This document shows, one piece after another, positions 11,601 through 24,781 of a stretch of 24,781 nt of DNA. The first letter of the stretch is position 1. Each line of letters opens with the position of its first letter. The stretch covers positions 42,931 to 67,711 of the forward strand of contig CAXIUT010000303.1 in assembly GCA_964035545.1 (NCBI GenBank). The letters are read 5' to 3'. The DNA comes from Bugula neritina (Eukaryota > Animalia > Bryozoa). The notes under the pieces are model-generated. The model saw only the letters and a program-made list of their open reading frames with translations, ran no database searches and was not told the origin of the DNA. The translations under genes were made by a program, and so were the position numbers.

Positions 11601-13401
11601 AGTGAGTTAAGAGATTACTATATCTAATTAGGAAGACATAAAAATGAAAAAGTTTCTTTGTTTGCAGCTGACTTTCTTAAACAAATAGTAACTAAGTTCT
11701 TAAAAAGGAAAGATCTGATCAATCTTCAAAAAGAATACTTCAAACCTTTCGAATAAATCTTTATCTCTTCCAAATCTTATGCTGTAAAAGAACTAATGGT
11801 TGGATCTCTTAGTTATTTTGTTAGTAATCATCATCAATCATTGAAAACTGGATGGAAAAATATTTTATCAGTGATTAGTTATTGTTTTTAAGAATAAGAA
11901 GATCAAGTCATAAAGTAAAAAGCTTATGGAATAATAAAAAAGATACATTAAAGTAAGTTCAGTATATTAAATCTTGAATAAAACTACAATGATATTGTAC
12001 AAATCTTATCCAAGTTAACTAGATAAAGAGAATAGAGCTATGGACTAGGGTGTCTACAAATAGTTCAGTCAATAATTGAATACTATCATAATCAATTATC
12101 TATCAACCTTGATAAAAGTATTGATTCATAATAAAATAAACAAGCTGATATTAACTTCTGGCAAACTATCTTTTTGCCTTTACTAAATATCATCTTTCCA
12201 ATGTGTGGAGACTCAAGAAGTAAAATTCAATAGCCAGCTATCAAAACTTTATTTGATATTCTGATGAAGTATGGCAAGTTATTTAGATATGAGTTTTGGA
12301 AAATGGTATTACAAGGAGTATTAAGACCAGCTTTCGAATAAATCACCTATACTTCTCAATCAAAACCTTTGAAAAAAGAATAACTCTAAAAATGGTTGAA
12401 CTTTTCCTTCACTGAACTCTTTAGATCAATCAATGAACTCATCGTTCTTTACTACTCTGACTTTAGATTGTTTCTTTAAGATGTGTTTAAGATATATGAG
12501 AACTGTATACTCAATCATTCTCTTATTTTATTGATAGAACTCAGCTTGAAGGCAATGAATCAACTTTTATAAAAGATAGCCCCTAATTTTGAAGAATGTG
12601 ATTGGTAGGTTTATCTTTGTTTTGTACAAAGTCTTCTAAAGAAAACTCTACCTATTTAGTTGTCTTCAGTTGAATCATGGAATCGTAGTAAAGATTTACT
12701 TGAAAGTAATCATGAAGCTAAGTGTTTTGCTTTACAAACTTTTCTCAATAAAATGCAAACTATTTTTCAAAAGTATCCTTAAAGCATAACTGAAAAAGTA
12801 ATTAGTTTGATACTTAGATTTATTTGAATCTTTTAAAAGAGCTAACACCGATTTATAACTTTGTTTCAGATTTGAATGATGATCTATAACTCAGAAACAA
12901 CCTTTGGAAAAATGGATTTTATGGCGAACAAAAGTTTCTGCCTGGATTGATCAGACATCAATATGAAATACTTGCCTTTAGAAGTAAGATCTATTTCAAA
13001 CTCATAGAATTCGATCAAATCTATTACAAAGAATACTTCAGGTACAAATATTAAAATTTAGACATTTCTTCTTCATTCTAGATAATCTAAAAGAAACCAT
13101 CCTCAGTGAAGCAGTCAAAGAACCTTTAGTCAAAGACTATGAACGATAGAGAATGGGAATGTTCTTCAGAAAACTAGTTAATGATATTTTACTGGGACAA
13201 ATAGTTATTATTGGAGGATAATCAATAAAAAAGATAGGATTGACAGAAAGATTGTTAAAAGAATGTCTGAACCTGATGGGAAACAGAGTCTACTGCACTC
13301 GTTGTACTTTTTGCTAAGGCTGCGAGAACTCTGCCTAATCATGGAAAGGAATAAATAAACAGTTAAAATAAATAGTTGAGATGTTATTTAGAACCCAATG
13401 A
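8609..13401 (+). CDS. Large Sec7-domain ARF guanine-nucleotide exchange factor (BIG/Sec7 family)
   Basis: DCB-like N-terminus, HUS-like LDCSPDHSDV, Sec7 motif FTLPGESQVVDRII (catalytic Glu = TAG at 10557-10559), LLMMLQSNLHNPQV, and HDS motifs FCLEKINEVLELNANR, FAADFLKQIVTKFL and LKTGWKNI. 20-nt introns at 8730-8749, 9566-9585, 12798-12817 and 13042-13061. Confidence 0.93.
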
Positions 13402-13498
13402 TCTTTATTTGTTGATAAATTCTTCCTATTACCTAATAATTAAAATATAGTTTTGATATAGTTTTATATGTTAGTTTTTGAAATTGAATTAATATTAA

Positions 13499-13951
13499 TC
13501 ACAGGCCGCAACTATTTAGAATAACTTCGCAAACCTTATCAAATGAATGAAACTACATCGAATAATAACTCAAGTAGTTTAAATTAAACTGCTTTTAGAA
13601 GATAGTACCTTGACAAGTTGAAAAATTTATTAGCTTGATTACTACCTATGAACTCATTGCATCCTTATTATATTTTAAATTGAAAACTAAAAATGATTCT
13701 CTTTGCCATTAAAAATTATGACAAATCAATGGAGTTCCTTCTAGTATGATTTATCTCCCTTTTAGCAACTTAGGTTCAAATTAAGTAAAAGATTTTCTAT
13801 TTTTAGAGGGAAATAAATAATCGTCTGAGCTAACTTTATCGATAAGAAACACTTAAAACATATTCTATTGCTGAGACTATTTCTTACCTTTAGTTGACAG
13901 CTGAAGATAAGAAGCGGAATGTATAACTTATTAATAGGTCCTATTACTCAT
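13499..13951 (-). CDS. Possible hypothetical protein, 150 aa (or the 3' part of a longer gene)
   Basis: ATG-to-TGA frame (MSNRTYEEVIHSASYLQL...DKVCEVILNSCGL) ending exactly where the AT-rich spacer next to the Sec7 gene begins. Competing open frames exist on both strands. Confidence 0.3.
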
Positions 13952-14596
13952 CGATGATGTTGCTAAAATAATAAACCCAAAGTATTTTCAAGTATTCTGC
14001 TTTATATAAGTTTCTAAACTTTATTGCAGTTCTTTTTGGAGAATACAGAGTCTTTTCGAAGAAGTTGATACATTATCTTGAATGCATGATATTTGGAAGA
14101 AATTCTGTTGATAAAGAGATTGAGCCGTACTTGCCATATAGGTTCAGGATAAAGTGAACTAAAGTTTGTGGATCTTATTTTTATTCGGAATCGTTCTCTT
14201 AGTGATTAGTGAAAAGAAGGTGTTGTTTTATCTATGGCGGATAAGAATTTTTCTCTAAAAAAGAAAAGTTTTTCAGCGGTTCTAAAAGCTTAGGTTTGTT
14301 TGAAAGATAAATTAGATTTGAGTAAAAGAATAGGAATAGTTGAAGTTGCTTTTCTGTTTTTTGCAATTTGGATGAGATTTCAGAAAAAGGCTTAAACTCT
14401 TACTGTCGTTTATCTTCTAAAAGAAAATAAAAAAGCTTCTTTCATAGCTATCCTTAAATTTCAATGCTTGCTCAAAGAAAGGTAAGGTTTTTAAATGGAG
14501 AATGCTTCTTTCAGAAAATTGTTTTATTATTTGATTTACATGATAAGGATTTAAAGAAAAAGAGTGTAGTTGATCTAAAAGAAGAACTAAGAAGAA

Positions 14597-15758
14597 ATGA
14601 TTAGCTCTTAGTAGGAATCTTCAGGAGAATATTAAGAGGAAGAGAGATTGATTAGTGAAGAGAAAATCGATGATCTTCATGTTTCTTTGGAAAGACTGAA
14701 GGAGTTTGTTGGAAGAATTTCTGAGGAAAGTGTAGCTACTGTACCTACTTGTGTCGAAGAGTACTGTGATAAAATGAAGGACTTTAAAATCCAACATAAG
14801 TCTGAGGTAGTTTAGATAGCTGAACGCCGAGTCAATAAGTAAAAAACTTACTAATTAGAATGATTAGAAATAGAAAAATCAAGAAGAATTGGAACAATGA
14901 CGATATCAGTCTCTTAGTTTGGCTTGTTTCAAAGAGACTAGAACTCTAAGAACTTACTCACTTCTCAGATTTAGTAACAACTATTTTATTTAGGTGAAGG
15001 AAGATTGGACTTTAATATCCAGTATGATTTCTGGTTCTTCTTGGCAAAAATGCAAGTTCAGATGGCTTAGTCTCAAAAAAGTAAGGCTAGTGTCTCATAA
15101 ATGGTCTAAAATGGAGTCGAAACTTCTTAATTAGATTGTGACTGACAATAAAATGAACTGGAAATTGATTTCTTAAAAGCTTTATTAGAGAAACACTTCA
15201 AAAGCTAAAGTGTTTAGGACTGCAAAACAATGTAGATAACATTGGAATTGTTTCCTTAATCCTAAAATTCAAAAAGGACCATGGAATCTATAAGAAGATA
15301 GAAAGCTGCTTTAGTATGTCCTTGAGTTAGAAGGGTTTAAAAAGTGGTCTGAAATTTCTAAGTTCATGGAAGGAAGGACATAAAATGCACTAAAAAATAG
15401 ATTTAACCTTCTTATGATTCGTCAAAGAAAGATATCTGGACCTCTGACTTAAAAAAGATTAGTTAGAGTTTGTCTGAACAGACTTTTACTTGAAGAAGTA
15501 CAGTAAGAATAAATATAAATGCCTTCTCCTTTGAATGTTCCTATTTTAGAAGAAAACTAGCAAATTGAAGTTTAGAATTCTCTTGAAATAAGATAGCCAG
15601 TGGTACCAAATTTTACAGAAGCAACTCAACAGTCGACAAGTCAAGTTTCATATCCATCAGGTTATGGAAATTTCTTTGGATATATGGCTCCAATGATGGG
15701 AACAGGATCTTCGAATCCAATGTACATTAGTTTTATTTTGCCAAACCAGCTTTTATGA
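14597..15758 (+). CDS. Myb transcription factor with three repeats (start uncertain)
   Basis: WNNDDISLL...WTLISSMI...CKFRW; WSKMESKLL...NWKLISEKL...RTAKQCREHWNCFLNPKIQKGPWNLEEDRKLL...KKWSEISKFMEGRTENALKNRF. 20-nt introns at 14839-14858 and 14974-14993. In-frame upstream ATGs also exist (e.g. 14540, 14495). Confidence 0.9.
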
Positions 15759-16061
15759 TGATAGTATTCTATAAATCATGTTTCTTAATTTTAGAGAACT
15801 TTATTTAATTTTTCTACAGCTTCCTATCATGGAAGAATCCGTTCATCACACCAGAAATATTTTGAGTGACAAATGATATTGTATTCGATCAGCAGTTGTA
15901 TCATACTTGAATGTTTGACATCATATCGAATCTGGAGCAATATTCTTTCGAATATATTATCTTCTATAGGTATGATAAAATATATTGTTTTCTAGAATAA
16001 TAACATACAAACGTAATATAAATTTCAAAGAGCATATCTATTACATTAATTAGAAATAAAA

Positions 16062-17095
<1,034 letters not shown>

Positions 17096-17155
17096 TTATC
17101 GTTAAATCTTGTAAATATACAATAGAAAGCTGTATTTAAATTGAATAGAATATAT

Positions 17156-17890
17156 ATGTAAACAAATTATCAAGAAATCAGGGTATAAAGTCAACAATTC
17201 ATCACTCCATAAGTTGTCCTTCAAGGATTGCTAGCTTCATCTGACTATCCTTGCAATTGTGGTACTGGATAGGCTGAAAAAGAAGTGATGGAATCATAGC
17301 TTAAATAGTAAATTAACGGATTACAACAAGAAAACAACAATATCAGAGCTGAGGTAGTAGAGGTCGAACAGTTGTTAGAAATTAGAGATAAATTGTATAG
17401 TTAAATGGATTAATTGAGAAATGAACGGGACCAGATAGAATATTAGATCGAGAGTAGTGTGTCCTACGAACATAATTAAACAGTAAAATTTTCATCAGGA
17501 TATAAGGAAATGAATGAACGACTCAAGAGAAGAATTTATTAAGTAAAATAGTACTTGCAGAAGATGACATTTTAAAACCAAAAAATCGAATAAGGCATAA
17601 TTTCAAATCAATACTACCAGCAAGAGTAGTAAATCATGTATAAACGAAGAGAAGCTATGAGCCCTCAACCTATTTATTAACATAAACGACACTATATGAC
17701 TAATCTGGAGTCAATGGTTGATCGGGCTAAAGACAAACAAGAAGATGCCTGGCGAAGAGTGAGAAAGCAAGAAGAAGATATATAAAGAAGAAATGCATAG
17801 ATACGAATGAGAAAAACAAACGGAATTACTTATTATAGTCCAAACGCTAGAACTTATTATAGTCCTTCTCGATCAAGAGTAGTATACTGA
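17156..17890 (+). CDS. Hypothetical coiled-coil protein, 244 aa
   Basis: Intronless ATG-to-TGA ORF under TAR=Glu, with an E/Q-rich heptad-like core and a duplicated C-terminal TYYSP motif (ACTTATTATAGTCC twice). Confidence 0.8.
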
Positions 17891-18023
17891 TTTTATCTGA
17901 TAAAAATGATAATTCTTTAATTGGACCTATTTAATTAGTTTATTTTGTGAATTAAATTAATTAGGTCAAGAAATATCAATTAATTCGTTTGTTTATTTAC
18001 CATAATTTTTATTACTTGGAATC

Positions 18024-20778
18024 ATGCTTAGCAATCTAAGTAGATACGCTATGGCTCAGGCTAAAGTCAATCCTTTCCAAAAGGTAGCTTCTCAAATAAA
18101 AGCTGCAGGAAAAGATTTAACTTACTATAATATCAGAGGTTTGAATGATCCTCGATTGGAACGTTTGCCCTACAGTATAAGAATTCTTTTGGAAAGTGCA
18201 GTTAGAAATTGTGATTAGTTTGAAGTAACATCCAAAGATGTTGAAAACATTCTTAGTTGGTAAAAAAAAGCTAGTTAGTCTATCGAGATAGCCTTCAAAC
18301 CAGCAAGAGTTATTCTTCAAGATTTTACAGGAGTACCTGCAGTAGTAGATCTAGCTGCAATGAGAGATGCTGTTGCTAGATTAGGCGGAGATCCTAAAAA
18401 AATCAACCCATTATGTCCAGTTGATTTAGTTATTGACCACAGTGTCCAAGTCGATAAGGCTAGAGTTAAAGATGCCTGGAAAGATAATTAAGAAATTTAA
18501 TTCAAAAGAAATTACTAGAGATTTGAATTTTTGAAATGGGGATCAACTGCTTTTGATAACTTTTCAATTGTTCCACCTGGAAGTGGTATTGTACATCAAG
18601 TCAATTTGTAATATCTTGCAAGAGTTGTTCTTTAAAATAATAAAAGAGTTGTCTATCCTGACTCAGTTGTAGGAACTGACTCTCATACAACTATGATTAA
18701 CGGTCTAGGTGTCGCTGGATGGGGTGTTGGAGGTATTTAAGCTGAGGCTGTCATGCTTGGACAACCTATTTCTATGGTCTTGCCTGAAGTTATTGGCTTT
18801 AGAATGACTGGAAAATTGAATGAGAATATTACTGCCACTGACTTGGTCTTACAAATTGTCAACAGTTTGAGAAAGAAAGGAGTTGTTGGTAAATTTGTCG
18901 AATTTTATGGTCCAGGTGTTGCTTCTCTGACTCTTGCTGATAGAGCAACAATTGCCAACATGGCCCCAGAATATGGAGCAACAATGGGTTATTTCCCACC
19001 AGATGCTTAAACTCTAAACTATTTGAGAATGACCAATAGATCATCAGAAAGAATGGAAGTCATCTAAAAAACACTAACAAGTCAAGGACTTCTTCGTGAC
19101 TACACTCAACCAGATAATATTAAATATACTGATATTCTTGAGTTAGATTTAACAACTGTTGAACCTTGCATTTCTGGTCCTAAGCGTCCTCATGATAGAG
19201 TACCAGTCTCTCAAATGAAAAAGGATTTCAATGACTGTATTCCTAATAAAGTCGGTTTTAAAGGTTTTGGAGTTCCTGCTGATAAAATAGATATCAGTCA
19301 GAAGTTCAAATATCAGGGAGAAGATTTTTAGGTCAAACACGGATCAGTTGTTTTGGCTGCTATTACCTCATGTACTAACACATCTAACCCTGATGTTATG
19401 ATTGCTGCTGGTTTAGTAGCAAAAAAAGCTGTTGAAAAAGGACTTAAGTACTCTTTATTTTATCTAGAATTCAAAGTTATATCAAGACCAGTTTATCGCC
19501 AGGTTCAGGAGTTGTTACTAAATATCTTGACAAATCAGGTCTCACTAAATATCTTGATGAGATAGGTTTTACCACTGCTGGATATGGTTGTATGACCTGT
19601 ATTGGTAATAGTGGTGACTTATTGCCTGAAGTTAGTTAATCTATTACCTCAAATGATATAGTTGGTTGCTCAGTCTTATCTGGAAATAGAAACTTCTAGG
19701 CAAGAGTACATCCTTTGATCAAAGCCAACTATCTTGCATCTCCACCTTTAGTTGTAGCTTACGCTTTGGCTGGTCGAGTTGATATTGATTTCGAAAAAGA
19801 ACCAATAGGTCAAGACAGTAATAATAAGCCAGTCTTTTTAAAAGATATTTGGCCTTCAAGAAAAGAAATCAGTGCTGTTACTGGATAAAATTTGACTCCA
19901 GAAATGTTTAAAGATGTTTATGAAAAGATCGCTAAGGGAACTGAGAGATGGAACAACCTCAAAACAGAACCATCCCAACAATACAAATGGAAATAATCTT
20001 CAACTTACATTCATAACCCTCCTTTCTTCCAATCAACAGAACTATCTCTTCCTAAAATTAAAAACATCGATAATGCATATGTCCTATGCTCTTTTGGAGA
20101 TTCAATTACCACTGATCACATCTCACCTGCTGGCAGTATTGCAAAGAATTCACCTGCTGCTAGATATCTTAACGATAGAGGAATCAAACAAGCTGACTTC
20201 AATACCTATGGAGCTAGAAGAGGAAATGATGAAGTTATGGCCAGAGGAACCTTTGCTAACACTAGAATCATTAATAAATTAGCACCAAAAGTTGGTCCTC
20301 AAACAACCTACATTCCAACCAATGAAGTTATGGACATCAGTGATGCTGCTGAAAGATATGGAAAAGATGGACACCAGTTAATCATTTTGGCTGGACAAGA
20401 ATACGGTTCAGGTTCATCTCGAGATTGGGCCGCCAAGGGACCTTACCTTCAAGGAATTAAAGCAGTTATTGCTCAATCATTCGAAAGAATTCATAGAAGC
20501 AACTTGGCAGGTCTAGGTATCCTTCCCTTGGAATTCTTGCCAGGACAAAGTGCTGATAGCCTTGGTATATTTTATATGATTTAGGTTTGACAGGTAAATA
20601 AGGATTCAGTATGGACATCCGAGGAGGAAACCTTGATGTACATGAAAAATTGAAGGTAACAACAAACACTGGCAAATCATTTGAGGTGAAGGTGAGATTG
20701 GACACTGATGTGTAGGTTGAATATTTTAAGAATGGAGGCATTTTGCACTATGTATTGAGGAAGTTGGCCAAGTCATGA
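18024..20778 (+). CDS. ACO1: Aconitate hydratase, AcnA/IRP1 type, with a possible short mitochondrial presequence
   Basis: [124 protein letters not shown]. 20-nt introns at 19448-19467 and 20565-20584. Confidence 0.98.
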
Positions 20779-20831
20779 TTGATTCAAAAATATGATTTAT
20801 TCATTAAAAAATATGATCTATGATGTACTTC

Positions 20832-22067
20832 TCAAAGAAGATCAGCTTTTGTTTCTTCTATTGTCTACTGAGCTTCTCTTTCAATTCTACTGTTATACTC
20901 TTTTATTTTAGTCAAGTAAGCATAATGCAACATCTCACGGGATCCTCGAAAATCACTTAGAGATTTCTCTTCGCTGATAATTGTTATGATCTAGGCTAAA
21001 AATTTAGCCACAGAAACTGTTCTTATCTTTTTGTTCTAAATATATATTAAAAATACTTAAACTGAATGTTGAATAGAATTGGTCAAAATAAGTTCTTTTA
21101 TTGGCAGCTCTGTGATTAGCTTTTAAAGCTGATCGTTTGTACAGAGTCCATGGAAGCCATAGCAAAAAATATTTCTTGCTCCTCGTTTTTTGAGATCAAC
21201 TGATAACTGTCGAATGGTCGATCCTGTCCTGATCATATTAGTAAAGAGAACAACATCTCTACCAGCAACTTCCTATCCTTCATACTGAGAGTTGTCGTAA
21301 AGACCCATGCTACATTTAAAGTTAAAGAGTCCAAAAGTTTTAAAGAGTTGATAGACTGCTCTGAGGTGATGTCTATTTGATCGTGCTCCAACAATCACTG
21401 GATCTTTAATGCCTGAATATATCAAATAAGGTGCTACTAGTTCTGTTGCATCAACGTTCATAAAACGAGACGATTGAGCAAATCCTTTGGGAGCACTCAT
21501 TGATGTATTCAAAGTGATTATTTAATCACAGCCAATAGCTTAGAGCATTTTGACCAAATCAGCCCCAAAACAGGTAAAGAAGTCAACTCCTTCGATAACA
21601 TCTCTGTCTCCCCAGCTGCTGGAAGGCATCGAATATGGAAAGAAAGGGATAATAGCAGTAACTGATTCTGCTCCTTATTTTTTCATAGTAGCTACTGCTA
21701 GCAGAAGTTCCATGATACCTTAATTGATGTTTCTATCTTAAAAGCTTTTGATGATGAAGACTTTTTGTCCTCTGACAGTATCCAATATTTGTATGAAGGT
21801 CTATCCATCATTGAACTTGCTGCTATTGATTCTACCTAGTCCAATATCGAGGTGAGCGGCTATTTATCTGGCTAGTTTTTCGGCATCGAGTGAGAATATT
21901 TTGAGGGTTTCGAATTATGATTGGAGTGAGGTGAGGAAGATCTTGTTGATGGTGGTTTCAATTTCAGTTGGACTTTATTCTTTTTATTATTCTTGGAGAC
22001 GAGGTCGGCAGAGAGATAGAGTAGGAGCAATGAACCCTCCAACCAGTTTTTTGAAGATGTGTCGCAT
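20832..22067 (-). CDS. PRPP-synthetase (ribose-phosphate pyrophosphokinase)-like protein, probably non-catalytic
   Basis: KLAREIAAHLDIGLG...KFNDGETFIQILDTVRGQKVFII...IMELLLAVATMKKEGAESVTAIIPFFPYS...EVAGRDVVLFTNMIRTGST...LKKRGARNIFCYGFHG...LTNSI...VSVAKFLAEII follows the PRPS fold. Probable in-frame 21-nt intron at 21036-21056. Confidence 0.88.
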
Positions 22068-22336
22068 ATACTCAAAATATCTAAGAAAACCACATAATCT
22101 TGATCTGAATATACAAGTTCAAACACTTATCATATCATTTAATCAGACAAATAAAATATCTATTTGAAATAGACTGAAGGCATAGAAAGGTGGTTTATTG
22201 TTTATTAATGAGTGATGTTGTTTATAATATTTAAATATGATGATAAATTAATGTTTGAACCAATGATTTTAACAGAGCTTTTTAAAACTGAACTCATTTC
22301 ACATTCAAAATCATACTATTACATCTATTATCTAAC

Positions 22337-23148
22337 ATGAAATTCGAAAAAATAAGAAACAACCCAACCCATAACAACCAAGTTGACCTCCCCTCTCACG
22401 ATTTCCTCACCTTCCGCAACAGCCCTCCCCAGTAAAACACAGGACGCAGCATCTATAGTCAACAGTTCGACTATCGCAGCCTAGAAAAATATCATCAAAA
22501 TATACTAGAAGAACCCAATCAACATAGCTTCAGAAAACAAATCAGAAATATTAGAAGTCAAGATAAATACAAACAAATAGGAAGTCACCTGATTGGAGTA
22601 GATGTTGATGAAAATGGATAATGCCGAATGGGAACATAAATAGAGAAAAACTAAGAGTTAAAAATAAGAATGGAAACGATGATCAAGAATATCAGACGGG
22701 TTCAAAAGAAAAGTCATACTCTTGATGAAGAAATCGCACATAACAAAGCTATAACTTAGTAGAATTAGTAAGAATTGTCAAGGATGACGACTGATATTCA
22801 AGAATTGACAAACATATCAGAGTAAAACTAAAACAACTACAAAAGTATGCAGTATAGAATAGAGCAGTTAGAAGATAAAGCTCGATAGATGGAGGGAGTT
22901 TGTTTGACTTTGGATGGTTAGTTGGAAATCGAGGTAAGAACAGGAAGAAGTAGATAAAATGCTAATGTAGAAAAGCATAAGTACTTGTTTTGATATATAG
23001 AAAGTTGCAGATGGGTTTGAAGGAAGTCTAATTGATGAATGAGAATTTAAATCGGAAGATAGAATATTTCGAGAATGAAATTGAAGGGATGTAGTAGAAA
23101 TTGTAGTTGTTGTTGAAGATTGATGAGTAGATAAAGTCAGTTATTTGA
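22337..23148 (+). CDS. Hypothetical coiled-coil protein
   Basis: ORF under TAR=Glu with a low-complexity N-terminus and long E/K/L-rich C-terminal helix. A consensus 20-nt intron at 22981-23000 removes an in-frame TGA. Confidence 0.8.
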
Positions 23149-23191
23149 TTTTTAATGTATTATTGATAAGATAGTTGTTTTTATTTTATAA

Positions 23192-24636
23192 TCACTCAAA
23201 TAAAGAGGGATCCATGGCTTTTATCTGATCTCTTTTGCCTTTCTTAATAACCTAAATATTACCTTTTTAGTCATTTTGACTGATTTGTTCTTGACTCTTG
23301 AATTATCTTACAAAATATTTACAGAATCTTCACCGAAATAAGGTTGTTAATTGGACATCACTGAATTATCTCTTTCTATGTGATCGATTGAACTTTATTC
23401 GATGTCTAAATGATGTGATTAGTGTTATTGACTGAGTTGTTGGAAATAATTTGCTGAGTTGAGTGATTGTTCTGTTTAGAATTATGGCTGTTTGTATTAA
23501 GTATGATTTTTTTGGGGTGTTTTATGTTTTCTTTTGAATTATTTTGGTTGAGTTAGATATTAACTTGAACTTAATTACTACTACTACTAGTTGTTGTTGA
23601 AGTGGGAGAGGAAGTTGTAAGGTTGTTCTGATGGTGGAGATACTACCTATACTTACTCTTGTTAAAGTGAAGGTTCATAAACATCTGGTATTTCTTACTC
23701 CTCTATTTATACTATTTCCTCTTCTTATTATCCCATTTTTTATCTAATATTTGTTTACATTTGTTCAACATAAGCATTTTCTTTTTGATTCTGAATCGGT
23801 TCTGGATGATTTTATTCTGAGTTTCCTGAGAAATATTTCAAAATATCCTAGTTTTGTCCATCTTCTTGAACCTAGTTGTTTATTTTAGGTTTGGATGTTG
23901 GCTTTGGAGGTCTTGGAACATTCTTTCGAGGCGGTGGAGGTCTTGGTCTATTTGTCTTCTTGCTCATATGATTGATTTAATCTTTTGAATTGTCTGATTG
24001 CTCGTATATTTCCTTTGAAAATTATTAAGCAATGATACTTCCTTATTGATTTTTATTCTATTCTTCCTTATATGGTGTAACTTTATTTTTTGTTTGAGGA
24101 GGTGAAGGGACATATAAATTTTGTTTCTTTTCTTAATCATTTTGGTTGATTCTACTATTTCCATTTGATTATATTTATTTTTAATGATTTTTTTAAAACA
24201 TCTCTAAAGGCTGAATAGCTGTATGTTCGCTTTATTCTTTATTTTTTTTGAAGTGTTTAATTTATTATTCACTTGCTTTAATTGAATCAGTTTTTTATGA
24301 TTTTGAATGATCAGAATATGCGACATTGATATCTTTTTTTTGAATGAGTAGCATGGCAATGATTTTTTATTTTTATAACAGTCTATTTTGATAGTTTTCT
24401 ATTTAATTTTTGTATAGAATATTTTATTTAGTTAGATGTTAATTTTGTCCTTTAAAGGTATCCAATTGTTGTTGCATATTTTTTATTTTTTTATCATAAT
24501 TTTGCTGTAAATTATCTATTTAATTGTTGATATGTGTTCTTTTGAGGTTGGATTCTTTGAGTTTATCTCTAAAGAGTCTCTAATTTTATTTATATTTTTA
24601 TATTTGCAGTCGTAGTTCGTGATGTTAGTGTGACAT
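23192..24636 (-). CDS. Hypothetical protein: N-terminal coiled coil, Pro-rich segment, acidic disordered tail
   Basis: About 470 codons without TGA, including RPRPPPPRKNVPRPPKP and Glu runs encoded TAG TAG TAG TAG TAA. A 20-nt intron at 23243-23262 gives the ending KAMDPSLFE-TGA. Confidence 0.8.
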
Positions 24637-24677
24637 GTGTATATGTTATATTGATCTAAATTTAAATTATCAAATAA

Positions 24678-24781
24678 GGGTTGGGGTTGGGGTTGGGGTT
24701 GGGGTTGGGGTTGGGGTTGGGGTTGGGGTTGGGGTTGGGGTTGGGGTTGGGGTTGGGGTTGGGGTTGGGGTTGGGGTTGGG
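24678..24781 (+). repeat. Right telomere, (TTGGGG)n
   Basis: Perfect G4T2 array running to the end of the sequence, the reverse complement of the left array. Confidence 0.99.

Noticed and set aside
15820-15835. Iron-responsive element, prompted by the IRP1-type aconitase nearby
   Set aside because: The hairpin loop is TATCAT, not CAGTGN, and there is no IRE-type bulged-C stem.
18024-20778. Standard ciliate code (TAR=Gln) or a split code (TAA=Lys, TAG=Glu)
   Set aside because: Both TAA and TAG fall on invariant Glu columns, while conserved Gln positions use CAA/CAG.
22360-22371. Internal telomere-like CAACCCAACCCA
   Set aside because: C3 rather than C4 units, and fully explained by codons (N-P-T-H) in the CDS.

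Overview
This window is a complete telomere-to-telomere 24.8-kb macronuclear chromosome of a ciliate, with (CCCCAA)n/(TTGGGG)n caps. The supplied standard-code ORF track is misleading. TAA and TAG both occupy invariant glutamate positions in aconitase, the Sec7 catalytic site, DNAAF11, VMP1, Myb and GAPDH, and TGA is the only stop. This is the peritrich-type nuclear code (NCBI table 30). Re-read in that code, the chromosome holds about 16 tightly packed genes: PH-domain protein, PWWP/AT-hook chromatin protein, DNAAF11/LRRC6, VMP1, RING protein, BIG/Sec7 ARF-GEF, 3-repeat Myb, GAPDH, AcnA/IRP1-type aconitase, a catalytically degenerate PRPP-synthetase homologue and several hypotheticals. The most striking feature is the intron system. 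20 of about 23 inferred introns are exactly 20 nt, all start with GTA, and 19 of those 20 have an A exactly 6 nt from the 3' end, the geometry known from Stentor's 15-16-nt introns. Also noted: two candidate structured ncRNAs, a 17-nt gap between divergent start codons, and one unresolved 1.1-kb block. All translations and alignments were done by eye; no database searches were run.
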